20,000 nucleotides of DNA, from IMG/VR virus record IMGVR_UViG_3300009432_000017; one strand, written 5' to 3'. The notes beneath the pieces were generated by a model, which searched no databases, had not been told where the DNA came from, and was given only the letters and a program-made list of their open reading frames with translations. Positions 7,598 to 16,998 of this stretch are shown piece after piece (the stretch's first letter is position 1; each line of letters starts with the position of its first letter). The stretch comes from an uncultured virus (IMG/VR IMGVR_UViG_3300009432_000017) (Duplodnaviria; Heunggongvirae; Uroviricota; Caudoviricetes; Schitoviridae). The translations under genes were made by a program, and so were the position numbers.

Positions 7598-8470
7598 TTA
7601 GCCTACCACAGTATGACCTGGAATAAGTTGTCTTTGTTGTACCCACTCACAGGCATTACCAGACCATACTTGTTTTGAAGCATCCACATGAGTAAATCCT
7701 AATTTAGCTGCCTTAGCTAAGGTTAGACCTTTAGAGTTAACTGCTTTGAATTGGTGCTCAAATGGTGATGCGTGAACTCGGTCACCTGAAGTAAGCATGT
7801 TTACTATTTTTTCTGCTTTTTCTAATGAGGTATCCAGTACCCTGTAACTGACCTGTGCACAACTGGATGTTGATATATAGTTCAATTCTTTTAAGGTGAA
7901 CTGGTCTTTTATAATATTAGGTATGTAAGGTAAATGCCATTCACCCCACTGTAATAATTTTGGTTTGTTAGTAAGAAGGGCTTTTGATACCAAATTACCT
8001 AACACCTGTAATTCGGGCTGAGCATCAATGTGGTTGCGTAACCATACAAAATTGTTCCACTCACTACCTGAGATAACAATCTTCATTAAAGCCCATGGTT
8101 CGAGGATCCGGTTAATGTATTGTTTGTGTAAGCCAAGCTTTTCTAAGCCCCAATGGAACATACAAGCTGTTCTAGCTGCACTTTTCCATAACCAACCTGC
8201 TACTTTACCTCTACGGCTGCTGAGGGTAGCTTTGGCAGACATACCAGCCTGGTTCTTAGACCATTCAACTGGCATTGCTGGGTTATCCCAAACTTGCTTA
8301 CGTACTTTCTTAGCAGGGATAGCACGACTACTTGCTGCATTCTTTGAAAGGGCTCTGTGAGTCATTACTTCACTGTGGATAAATCGTGGGTATTCCCACT
8401 CAAATGAAGCCACTGTTTTACCATTTGGGTTAACAGAATAGGCTAATAAACTTACTGTAATAAATGACAT
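7598..8470 (-). CDS. thyX: Flavin-dependent thymidylate synthase (ThyX/Thy1)
   Basis: PRFIHSEVMTHRALSKNAASSRAIP, HKQYINRILEPW, AQPELQ and HASPFEHQ motifs typical of phage ThyX-like proteins. Confidence 0.85.
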   Translation of the reverse strand: MSFITVSLLAYSVNPNGKTVASFEWEYPRFIHSEVMTHRALSKNAASSRAIPAKKVRKQVWDNPAMPVEWSKNQAGMSAKATLSSRRGKVAGWLWKSAARTACMFHWGLEKLGLHKQYINRILEPWALMKIVISGSEWNNFVWLRNHIDAQPELQVLGNLVSKALLTNKPKLLQWGEWHLPYIPNIIKDQFTLKELNYISTSSCAQVSYRVLDTSLEKAEKIVNMLTSGDRVHASPFEHQFKAVNSKGLTLAKAAKLGFTHVDASKQVWSGNACEWVQQRQLIPGHTVVG

Positions 8471-8979
8471 TAATTGTTTTCTCTTAATTCATTGAAAGTG
8501 CCATTAACTAGATCTTGGTATTGGTCGACAGGTACGAGTACCCATTTAGGTAACCGATTATGGTTTACCACCACTACACTGTCTTCTGTGATGTGGCCAT
8601 CTCCTACAGCCTGTCTTAACTCAGTAAGAGACATATTAGGTGCACGGATACCCAATCTAGGTAAGGAACGTATGTTGTATAGACGCATTTTTGTATAGAT
8701 AACTTGAAGGCTGTAACCAACTACTTCAGCTATTTCTTCTACGCTGTAACCGTTGATCCATAGTGCAGACATATCTGCTTGGAGTTTGGCTTTCCTAATT
8801 TCACAACCACTTACTAAGCCCCACCTGTTTCTTCTACACCAAATAGTGTCAGGAGTGACTTTGTAAATTTTTGCTATTTCCTGGTCTGAGGTACCATCAT
8901 TAACTAGAGTAGTGATGTGTTCTCTATCTGAATCGAAAGGTGCTTTCCTAAGCTCGATATTTGGGGAAGTTCTTGCCAT
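8470..8979 (-). CDS. Putative transcriptional regulator: two HTH motifs plus a C-terminal Phd/YefM-like domain
   Basis: HTH1 SDQEIAKIYKVTPDTIWCRR; HTH2 SVEEIAEVVGYSLQVIYTKM; C-terminus MSLTELRQ...VVVVNHNRLPKWVLVPVDQYQDL resembles the Phd/YefM antitoxin fold. Confidence 0.6.
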   Translation of the reverse strand: MARTSPNIELRKAPFDSDREHITTLVNDGTSDQEIAKIYKVTPDTIWCRRNRWGLVSGCEIRKAKLQADMSALWINGYSVEEIAEVVGYSLQVIYTKMRLYNIRSLPRLGIRAPNMSLTELRQAVGDGHITEDSVVVVNHNRLPKWVLVPVDQYQDLVNGTFNELRENN

Positions 8980-9083
8980 GTAATTGATCTACTTGAAAGG
9001 AACTTTTACTTATTAGTTGCAAACGCCCTAACAAGTAAGAGTCTTGTTTAGAAGGGATCAGTGTGTCTGCTAGAACAGGAAGG

Positions 9084-9299
9084 TTATTCTTGTATTTTAT
9101 TCTTATGGTAGTGGGCGTGATCATTGGCACAATCAACATCACAAAATAGTTTCTGAACATCCATTGGCTCATTACACCAGTAGCAATCACCTCTGGGTTT
9201 TAAACCCTGGGTAGTATTCCTAATGTTTTCTATGGCTTGGGCGTTCATGCGCTCTTGTTCTGCACAAGCTGCATCGATTAGGTCAGGGTAGCTATTCAC
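9084..9299 (-). CDS. TraR/DksA-like C4 zinc-finger protein
   Basis: Likely GTG start at 9299 after GGAGAGAGG; N-terminal PDLIDAA (DxxDxA), a helical segment, then CYWC...FCDVDC. Confidence 0.65.
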   Translation of the reverse strand: MNSYPDLIDAACAEQERMNAQAIENIRNTTQGLKPRGDCYWCNEPMDVQKLFCDVDCANDHAHYHKNKIQE

Positions 9300-9588
9300 C
9301 GCCTCTCTCCTTATATGCTGCCTCGGCGCCAAGAGCAAAGTAAGCTGAACCACCTTCATAGTTGTCAAGTTTGAAACCTCCTTGCTGGGTACGCACAGCT
9401 TTAAGTATTACCATAAATAACCAGCCTTGTTCTTCGCTAAGCTCAGAGCCTGTTATAGTGTTAAATGCTTTAACAGTATTGGCCATAGAGCGTTCACCCT
9501 TACCTTTACTGTCGTAGGTGGTGCCTTTATCTACTAAATGGCTTTGTGCGGTTTGTAGTACTTCTGCCGCAACTACAGGATTGCCCAT
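9292..9588 (-). CDS. Conserved phage protein (DUF6378-like)
   Basis: GERSM..TV.AFN.ITG..LSEEQGWLFM..LK.VR...DNY...AY pattern recalled from a widespread phage family. Confidence 0.65.
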   Translation of the reverse strand: MGNPVVAAEVLQTAQSHLVDKGTTYDSKGKGERSMANTVKAFNTITGSELSEEQGWLFMVILKAVRTQQGGFKLDNYEGGSAYFALGAEAAYKERGGE

Positions 9589-9761
9589 TCTATTACCCCT
9601 TTTATTGGTTTGTTATCTAGTGATCTGTAGTCAGGATCTGACGAGTAAGAAGTAGCGTAGTTAGGCCTTATGGCTACATACTCTCCGTCAACTGTCCTAA
9701 CAAGTAGCTTTATAAGTGGTGTCGGGAAAGTACTGGCAGGATGCCATTTACGTTTATTCAT
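9573..9761 (-). CDS. Hypothetical protein (62 aa)
   Basis: ATGA-coupled to the upstream gene; W...P...LL.R...W pattern common in small phage proteins. Confidence 0.65.
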   Translation of the reverse strand: MNKRKWHPASTFPTPLIKLLVRTVDGEYVAIRPNYATSYSSDPDYRSLDNKPIKGVIEWAIL

Positions 9762-10234
9762 GCTTCCACTATCTCGTTTGAACTGAGTTTTTTAAAATCA
9801 AATGCACCAAGTGATTCTAATATTTCAAAAGCCTCAGATTCTTTCCAATCCTTAAGATAAGGCGTAGCAAGCCAACCATAACTAAGTAAGTGTCTGTGGT
9901 TGAATTTCTTGCCTAAAGCCAAGTGATGGGTATTAAGTGCATCAATCATTTCTTCCTGTCGTACAGGGTGATTGACGGCAATTTCTTCTGACTTCATGTA
10001 CCGTTTGTTATTATCATCGATACCGAATACGGCTATGAACACAGACCACTGGTGTCGTAAGGTAGATAAAAGCCTTACTTTGTTTTCTGTGATAGGTACT
10101 TTGGTTACGCTACGTAAGTCGATGAGTTGGCACCCATCTTTACCAGCAATACATCCAATGGCTGAATTTTTTAATGCCACCTTAGCTACTAAGTCTAGTT
10201 GCTTTAGTGGGTTATACCTCTTGTTCTTACGCAT
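9758..10234 (-). CDS. Hypothetical protein (158 aa)
   Basis: RBS GAGG; basic N-terminus MRKNKRYNPLK; coupled to the next gene. Confidence 0.75.
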   Translation of the reverse strand: MRKNKRYNPLKQLDLVAKVALKNSAIGCIAGKDGCQLIDLRSVTKVPITENKVRLLSTLRHQWSVFIAVFGIDDNNKRYMKSEEIAVNHPVRQEEMIDALNTHHLALGKKFNHRHLLSYGWLATPYLKDWKESEAFEILESLGAFDFKKLSSNEIVEA

Positions 10235-10252
10235 AATAACGTAATACCTCTT

Positions 10253-10281
10253 AAAAGAAAAAGCCCTATGAAGTTAGGGCT
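10253..10281 (-). terminator. Intrinsic terminator overlapping the DNA polymerase stop
   Basis: AGCCCTA (10262-10268) / TAGGGCT (10275-10281) followed on the minus strand by TTTTCTTTT. Confidence 0.65.
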
Positions 10282-12833
10282 AATTTTATTGTTGCTCTTA
10301 TGGACTCTTGATCTGCACCATTAGGGATAACTATCTCTTCTTTCCAGCTTGGGTAGAACAAAGATAACTCACCTCCTAAACCAACTGTATCGTGCTGTAT
10401 TTCAGGCAACTCTTGCCATTCCATACATTGCACTAAGTTGATGTTTAACCATTCCACTACCTCAATATCATCTCTTACTATGAAGTACTGGGCATCATGT
10501 ATGTGAGCGACAGGTAGAATGTCATACCGGTAATCGGATTCCAGTGTTCTTTCTTGTAGGTCTATACCTGCACGGTTGTTGAGTAACCCATATGACTGAC
10601 CAAGTGCATTACCGCCAGTTCTTCCTTCAGCCTGGGCTTCATATGGAGTCTTGCGGCTATTCATTGCGGTTTGGTGGAGCAGAGGTGTTCTAACTCGTAG
10701 CCCAAAGGCCACTGTTAGGTAACCTACTTTAGCTGCGTCGTCTAACTTAGACTTTACCCACTCATCTGAGTGAACATACAAGGTGTGATAGTTAAGTTCT
10801 ATGGATAAGGATTCTTCCTTAGTCAATCCAACGTCATTCATTAACCCATGGTAAGTACCACCGTAGGTTAGTAAGAATGTAGGTTCTTTGGAGTCCTGCC
10901 TAAAATCTGGGTATAGAACTTTGATGCTGTTTATACTCACCACAGTATTTACTATGTCAGGCATCTGAGCACCGTAGTAACTATGTGCCCTTAAGCAATG
11001 TCCATCGAAACCATCTGTGTAGACTTTAAGTTTCATTGGATCTTGTGTGGTCAGTGCAGAGATTCTGTCTTCTAAAGAAGCAAAATCAGCTCCCATGAAT
11101 ACAAAACCAGGTGGAGCTACAAAACATGCCTTAATAATCTTGGCGTACTTTGAGCCAGTACTAGGAATGTTTTGTAAGTTGGGCCCAGATGAACTAAGTC
11201 GACCAGAGACTGTACCACCTAAGTTGAAATTACCGTGAAGGTAGTGGCAACCATCAGCCTTTAATACAGAGTTTTCAAGGGCAACAATAAAGGTGTTTAG
11301 TATCTTAGCTGCAGCAGAAAAGTCTTGTAGGGCACACATAAGTTCCTTAATAGCAGGATCATCAGTGTGGTTTACCAGCTTTTTGAGTGTCTTAGCTCCC
11401 ACGGCAGGTGCCTTGGCTTTAGTCTTATCAATAATAGGTAAGTCCAAGTAGTCATACAGTAGCTGTTGCATCTGGAGGTTAGAGTTAGGGTTAAAGACAT
11501 AGTCGTCAAAATGAGATAAGGGATGTACTTTTTTTACCAACTTAGCATTGGCTTTATTCATCTCTTGCTCACGCAGTATGTAACCGAACTGGTCAATTAT
11601 ATCACTGGACATAATTAGGTCAGTAGCAGCTTTAATAGCTGTTTCTAGTATAACCCTTGCTTCAGCAACCCTAGTCATATCGACAGGCATACCAGTAAGT
11701 TCCATCTGCAGTATAACTTTAACGGATGGCTTCATAATAGTGCTGTAAATGTCTAACTGCTTACCAGCTACCATTTCAGGATAGTGCTTATCAAATACAA
11801 ACCAGGTTGATAAACAATCTACCAGGTTGTACTTCATTAAGACTGCAGGATCCATTTTAGTAATATCAGTGATGCCATCTTCAGCGTAGTTACCCGCGAA
11901 CTCATGAGCTGCTGCTTTTAGACCAAGGACATTTCCGGCACATGAATTTGTAGCCAGATACCTAATAAGTTTAGTGTCATGAAAATTACGAGTAAGTAAC
12001 TCAATACCGTTCTGCTTACCTTTTTCATCTAGTAGGTGCTCCATAAATAATGTGTTAATTAGGATCTTCATATCGAAATTGGCATTGTGATAAAGCAGGG
12101 TGCCTATGTACGTGTAGAAGAAGTTCTTAAGTAATTCCCTTACTTTGGTATTGGATTCATTTTTATAGCTGTCACACCATATAACGATGCCGTTGTGTTT
12201 GTCCCAAGCAAAACCAATAGTGACAACCCCTGTTTCCCAGAAATTGAGGCTAAGTGTTTCTACATCTACAGAGAGTGCAGGGTGTTGCTTGATATCACTT
12301 AGATAACCATAAACATCTGCAGGTGTGTGGATGTACTTAGCTGACTTAATAATGTCTGCGCCAAGATCTTTGTGAGTACCTCTTACAAATTTAGATAACG
12401 TCTTAAGACCCATATCTAATTTGTCTTGTAAATCTGGGTTGTAGTAGAGCCCTTGGTAGTTAGGAACTAATACAACGTTCATGAACTCAAAGCCTTTTAT
12501 GGCACAAGGCAGGACGTATCCATAATGTACTTCTGCTTTGCGTTGATTAGTGATTGTCTTAAAGTAGTTGGCGTCTGCTACAAGAAGTATTTTGGTACCT
12601 AGATCTTTGAGGATAGGTAACAAGTCTTGTAAGTAAGCTTTCTGTAACGGAACTGCAGGCTTTTTAGATGGGCCATACACTAGGTCGAAAGCACATATAT
12701 TATTTGGCTTAATCCCTAGTGGTTTAAGTGGGTTTATATAAGCATTCTCTAAAGGTGCTTTGACTAACGAAGAAGGCTTAATAAGTAAGGCTACATCGTA
12801 AGTATCACTCTTATCGAAGACGATATGCTGCAT
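10266..12833 (-). CDS. polA: Family A DNA polymerase with 3'-5' exonuclease (N4 gp39-like)
   Basis: ExoI SVDVET, ExoII HNANFD, ExoIII YNLVD; TVSGRLSSSGPNLQNIP; motif A DFASLEDR, motif B RQDSKEPTFLLTYG, motif C HIHDA. Confidence 0.95.
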   Translation of the reverse strand: MQHIVFDKSDTYDVALLIKPSSLVKAPLENAYINPLKPLGIKPNNICAFDLVYGPSKKPAVPLQKAYLQDLLPILKDLGTKILLVADANYFKTITNQRKAEVHYGYVLPCAIKGFEFMNVVLVPNYQGLYYNPDLQDKLDMGLKTLSKFVRGTHKDLGADIIKSAKYIHTPADVYGYLSDIKQHPALSVDVETLSLNFWETGVVTIGFAWDKHNGIVIWCDSYKNESNTKVRELLKNFFYTYIGTLLYHNANFDMKILINTLFMEHLLDEKGKQNGIELLTRNFHDTKLIRYLATNSCAGNVLGLKAAAHEFAGNYAEDGITDITKMDPAVLMKYNLVDCLSTWFVFDKHYPEMVAGKQLDIYSTIMKPSVKVILQMELTGMPVDMTRVAEARVILETAIKAATDLIMSSDIIDQFGYILREQEMNKANAKLVKKVHPLSHFDDYVFNPNSNLQMQQLLYDYLDLPIIDKTKAKAPAVGAKTLKKLVNHTDDPAIKELMCALQDFSAAAKILNTFIVALENSVLKADGCHYLHGNFNLGGTVSGRLSSSGPNLQNIPSTGSKYAKIIKACFVAPPGFVFMGADFASLEDRISALTTQDPMKLKVYTDGFDGHCLRAHSYYGAQMPDIVNTVVSINSIKVLYPDFRQDSKEPTFLLTYGGTYHGLMNDVGLTKEESLSIELNYHTLYVHSDEWVKSKLDDAAKVGYLTVAFGLRVRTPLLHQTAMNSRKTPYEAQAEGRTGGNALGQSYGLLNNRAGIDLQERTLESDYRYDILPVAHIHDAQYFIVRDDIEVVEWLNINLVQCMEWQELPEIQHDTVGLGGELSLFYPSWKEEIVIPNGADQESIRATIKLALTS

Positions 12834-12837
12834 ATGA

Positions 12838-13356
12838 TTATCCTTTTATGGATTTGATAACCACCTGTACGCTAATAAGTTTAAGAGTTTCTTTATGGGT
12901 TTCTTTAAATTTATATATTTTCTCTTTTGAAAGAGAAGGGTAGCTAGAATCAGGTAGAGGTAATGTAGGGTGAATGCACTCAGGGAGTAATTCGCGTAGG
13001 TCATTGGTGTTGCCCATAAGATTAAAGGCAGAGACTAGTATGCTATCAACTCTGTGCTGTCTGTCAAGATGGACATCCCAGCTAGCAATGTGGTCTTTAA
13101 AGTCATCAACTAGTGATGAGTGTAGAGGCTTACATTGAAATGGCTGAGAATAAACTAACTGATGTTGGTAGTGCTTTAAACCTAACCTGAATGCCGCAAT
13201 GGATCTAGTTAGATTTCTATGCTTGAGTGCAAAGTCGTCTACCACTTTCTGCTTACTATTATTGAAAGAGATGAGTAGAAAGTCCTTTATGGTATTGAAA
13301 CAATTTACCTTAAAGTTACGCGGGTACTCACGTTTACTGTAGCTGGATTCCTCCAT
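12838..13356 (-). CDS. Hypothetical protein (position of N4 gp38)
   Basis: 172 aa ORF between helicase and polymerase; RBS AGGAG. Confidence 0.7.
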   Translation of the reverse strand: MEESSYSKREYPRNFKVNCFNTIKDFLLISFNNSKQKVVDDFALKHRNLTRSIAAFRLGLKHYQHQLVYSQPFQCKPLHSSLVDDFKDHIASWDVHLDRQHRVDSILVSAFNLMGNTNDLRELLPECIHPTLPLPDSSYPSLSKEKIYKFKETHKETLKLISVQVVIKSIKG

Positions 13357-14626
13357 TAGTTGCTCCTAGATATTTAGGGGGTAGGTCACCATACATGATG
13401 ACTTGATCTGAAGGTCTTGAAGAGGCCACATATAATAATCTGGCTGTATCGCTAGGCATGTTACATCTACCTATGTCAGATAAGTCTATGAAGACTTGGC
13501 CATAGGTAGAGCCCTGTGATTTGTGAACAGTTGAGGCATATGGCTGACGTAGATCACCCCATGTGTCCTTTATGTTGAAATACTTTTTCCAGTTTTTCTC
13601 TTTGGCGTAGTGCTTCATGAGAGCTTTGGCATCTTTTTGAGAGGTGGGAACAAAAATAACCCCTATATTTTCTAAGTAAACTTCATAGCCATCTATACCG
13701 AACATGGTAGTAGGTATAGAACTAACCACCTTAACAGGTGAATCAGTACTGGCCTCAATTTTACCATAGATCATTATTGGACTATTAGTTATCAGAGTCT
13801 CTCCCGAAGGGAAGGGCTCTGTGATACCGCGTAAATCAGCAATATAGTTGTTGTAGTCATTCACTCTTGTATTAGACCAAGCCAATACTTTAGCTGACTT
13901 ATCTGCTACGTAATCTTTGCTTAGAAATGCTGCATCTATTAAAGACTGAAACTCAGTTCCAGATACATGAGTAACCATGCTACTGGTACCAGTGATTATG
14001 TCTTTGAACATTGAGCTTGTAACTGATTCACGGAACTGAGCTGATAACTCTTGTATTGGGCCTTGATTACGCATAATGGTAGTCAAATGTACTGTGGGAA
14101 TTTTCCCATCAAACACAGGAGACTTAAAGGTACCCGGTTGTAGTAGCTGACATGGATCACCCATGAATACTATTTTACAAGATGTACTGGTCATTTCTCT
14201 TACTTTAAGTAAGAGCTCTGCATTCATGAAACTGGCTTCATCTATAAAGATAAGAGTATCTGATTTTACATATGCACCTTTGGCAAGCTTAAGGAAAGTC
14301 TCACCTGTGTCGTAATTATTTCTTAAAACTAAGCCAAGGTAACTATGTATAGTACTTGGCTCAGTATTAAGTGAGTGTGCTAATACATGCGCTGCTTTAC
14401 GTGTTGTAGCAGTAATCTGTACGTTCTGAGGGACAGTTTTAGTTTTACCTAGTGCTTTAGCTGCAGCTTCATACTTATCTAAGTTATCAATTAAGTATTT
14501 AACTAGAGTAGTTTTACCCGTACCAGCAAAGCCAGATATAACTAGCTCTGATTGGGCAGGGTGAAACAGAAATTCTACAAATGAGTCAACGGCAGCTAGT
14601 TGACAGGAATTTAAAGTGATAGTCAC
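13334..14626 (-). CDS. SF1 (Dda/RecD-like) DNA helicase (N4 gp37-like)
   Basis: GFAGTGKT, IDEASF, GDPCQL, YASTVHKSQGSTY, LLYVASSR. Likely start is GTG 14626 after AAGGAG. Confidence 0.9.
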   Translation of the reverse strand: MTITLNSCQLAAVDSFVEFLFHPAQSELVISGFAGTGKTTLVKYLIDNLDKYEAAAKALGKTKTVPQNVQITATTRKAAHVLAHSLNTEPSTIHSYLGLVLRNNYDTGETFLKLAKGAYVKSDTLIFIDEASFMNAELLLKVREMTSTSCKIVFMGDPCQLLQPGTFKSPVFDGKIPTVHLTTIMRNQGPIQELSAQFRESVTSSMFKDIITGTSSMVTHVSGTEFQSLIDAAFLSKDYVADKSAKVLAWSNTRVNDYNNYIADLRGITEPFPSGETLITNSPIMIYGKIEASTDSPVKVVSSIPTTMFGIDGYEVYLENIGVIFVPTSQKDAKALMKHYAKEKNWKKYFNIKDTWGDLRQPYASTVHKSQGSTYGQVFIDLSDIGRCNMPSDTARLLYVASSRPSDQVIMYGDLPPKYLGATNGGIQLQ

Positions 14627-14740
14627 TGTGTTGCTCCTTGGTTGTTTATTAAAAGAATAATTGATTGACGTATTGCGTAGGACAGGCACGTCATTCCTGT
14701 ATTATGTATAACTATATTCATCTACTGATTGGTGTTCTAC

Positions 14741-14836
14741 TTATGAAAAAGGTTCTGGGAGGGGCTTACCAGTAAGCGCTAATTTAGCAATGACTGTTTT
14801 ATTTAGTGCTATGACCACGTCTGAGCGATAGCCCAT
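14741..14836 (-). pseudogene. Short 31-aa ORF MGYRSDVVIALNK..., probable truncated remnant
   Basis: Strong RBS AGGAG; the MGYRSDV start is recalled from longer phage proteins; early TAA at 14741-14743. Confidence 0.4.
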
Positions 14837-14846
14837 AATATTTCTC

Positions 14847-15959
14847 CTAATAAGTTATGACCTTACCTTTCTTAACCTTAAAGCTTGAGTGACCGTGGAT
14901 GACCCAAAATATAGGTATACCTCTAGGTATCTCTTCATCAGCCGTATCAAAGTAACCATCTGTAAAGATGATTAGTATTTTTGGCTTGTGGGTTTTAGCC
15001 CATTCATACACTGGTTGGATTAACGTGCCCCCTCCACCTATGAATTTTAGCTTTAGTAAATCAGCACGGTTCTGTATGAAAGCTTCCATCGTTATCTCAG
15101 TATCAAAACCCACTACGTGAGTTTTGCTAGGCTTCACCATATTGTGTATGGAATGAATCTCTGATATGAATATGTCAGCTTCTGTTTGTGTTATTGAGCC
15201 AGATAGGTCAACTGCTACTGCAATCTCTCCTATGGCTGCTGAGTAGCGTGTAGGCATGTAATGGTCAGGCATGTACCTACGATTAGGTCTACTGAAGGTG
15301 TGGTCATCTTGTGCGAAGCTATTCAGACAATTGGCCAGTATTCTGTGCCAAGGTAACTTGGGTGACACTAGCTTATCCAAGAATATTTCTACTTCACCTG
15401 GGATAGTACCAGCCTGGTTTTCCAACTTAGCCTGGATAGATGCTTTTATTATTGTATCCTTTACTGCTTCAGCTATTGCTTTAGCTTGTTCGGGATCCGT
15501 AGGCATCTCTTCAAAGTCTTCTTCGAAGCCCTGTGGTAGTTCACTCTCTGGCTTCGGTACAAGCAAGTCATAGACTTCATAACTACTCATGGCTTTGTAC
15601 TGCTTATCGAGTAGGCCGCCTTTTATGAACTCAAAGCCACTGTCTACTAACATCTGATTAATCACATAGTCAGTAGCGAAGTTCCATATCCTGAAGATAC
15701 GCCCTTCTACTCTTGCCATGTGTTGGAATGCTACGTGGTATGACTCATGAGCCAGTAAGAATATTCTTTGTCCTTTCGTTAAGTCTATAAAGAACTTAGG
15801 GTTTACCTTTAGGTAAACACCGTTAGTACATGCAGTAGGTACAGTGCCATCCCACTCGAACCGCAAACTGAACAGTATAGTAGAAATGAATACACTGTCT
15901 GGTCTGCAGATCAGGTTAATCTTAGCCGAGTCCAATGCCTTATCATGTTCAGTTTGCAT
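14847..15959 (-). CDS. HEXXH metallopeptidase-like plus VWA domain protein (DUF2201-like; N4 gp25-like)
   Basis: PTACTNG, HESYH, WNFATDYVIN; MIDAS VAVDLSGSI, GGGGT, IFTDG. Confidence 0.85.
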   Translation of the reverse strand: MQTEHDKALDSAKINLICRPDSVFISTILFSLRFEWDGTVPTACTNGVYLKVNPKFFIDLTKGQRIFLLAHESYHVAFQHMARVEGRIFRIWNFATDYVINQMLVDSGFEFIKGGLLDKQYKAMSSYEVYDLLVPKPESELPQGFEEDFEEMPTDPEQAKAIAEAVKDTIIKASIQAKLENQAGTIPGEVEIFLDKLVSPKLPWHRILANCLNSFAQDDHTFSRPNRRYMPDHYMPTRYSAAIGEIAVAVDLSGSITQTEADIFISEIHSIHNMVKPSKTHVVGFDTEITMEAFIQNRADLLKLKFIGGGGTLIQPVYEWAKTHKPKILIIFTDGYFDTADEEIPRGIPIFWVIHGHSSFKVKKGKVITY

Positions 15960-15981
15960 AGTGGTTCCTTTTTAAACCTTT

Positions 15982-16998
15982 TTAAAGGTGTGTGGCTACT
16001 TCAGTAATCTTCTTAATGAATAGCTCATTGGTTTCTACGAAAGGACAACGTCTACTCATTTCCCTGATTGTAATAATCTGGAACTCTTTAGGCAGTCTGT
16101 CTACGTAGGTAAGTAACCTACTGACATTGTCTTTCTCAGTGTTATCTGCAATTACGGCCGACATTGCGTATAGCGTACTTGGTTCATCTGGTACCTGTGC
16201 ACTAGTAGGGCTCTCGATGATCTTTCTGATGTCAGGTAGTTGCTTAAATATCTTAGTAAATTGGTAGAACTCTCTGGCTACGCCTTCACTTAGTGCACCT
16301 GATAGTAGATTTACAAATTCAGGCTTTATCTCATCCCATAGGGAGATAAGCTTACTAGTAAACTCCCATGTTCTTGGGCAGGCGAAGGTCATATCAGAGT
16401 GGTCTGGATCAAACATTTGTAAACACGAGGGTCTGAAGTTGATGTAGGAAGTTATCCGATAGTCAATATCGTTAGCCTGTGCCCACTCAATCCAGTCTGC
16501 TGTGCTTGGGATTAATTTTATGTGGATCAATCTTGATTGGTTTGCTGTAGACATTTGGTCTACTAACGCACCATCAGTATCTAAGTTACCTGCACACACT
16601 ATGGCTACGTTCTTGTGTAGTTTGTGCTGACCTACCATTTTATCCAGTGTCAACTTATAAGCTGCTTTCTGTACTGCAATTGAGGCTGAGTTAAACTCGT
16701 CCAAGAAAAGTAACCAACCACCTTTATCTTTAGGAAGTGGGTCACCTTCTAGTGGAAACATATCCATAGGGCAGTAATGTGCTTTACCGTTATCTCCCAT
16801 AGTAGGGAATCCGTTTAAGTCTGTTGGGTCACACTGGCTTAACCTGATATCGATTAACTGTAGGTTAAACTCATCTGCTATCTGAGAAGTGATATCTGAT
16901 TTACCAATCCCTGGGCTGCCATGTAGCATAGGCACAAGTCGGGCTTTCAGTACTTCTCTTATATAACTGGTAGCCACACTCGGCTTTACTGCTTGCAT
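15982..16998 (-). CDS. MoxR-like AAA+ ATPase (N4 gp24-like)
   Basis: Walker A GSPGIGKS, DIRLSQCDPTDL, Walker B LFLDE, AGN, CPRTWE; adjacent to its VWA partner. Confidence 0.9.
   Translation of the reverse strand: MQAVKPSVATSYIREVLKARLVPMLHGSPGIGKSDITSQIADEFNLQLIDIRLSQCDPTDLNGFPTMGDNGKAHYCPMDMFPLEGDPLPKDKGGWLLFLDEFNSASIAVQKAAYKLTLDKMVGQHKLHKNVAIVCAGNLDTDGALVDQMSTANQSRLIHIKLIPSTADWIEWAQANDIDYRITSYINFRPSCLQMFDPDHSDMTFACPRTWEFTSKLISLWDEIKPEFVNLLSGALSEGVAREFYQFTKIFKQLPDIRKIIESPTSAQVPDEPSTLYAMSAVIADNTEKDNVSRLLTYVDRLPKEFQIITIREMSRRCPFVETNELFIKKITEVATHL

Noticed and set aside
187..14638. Repeated AGGAGCAACAC (minus strand) before SSB and helicase
   Set aside because: Adequately explained as similar Shine-Dalgarno and spacer sequences.
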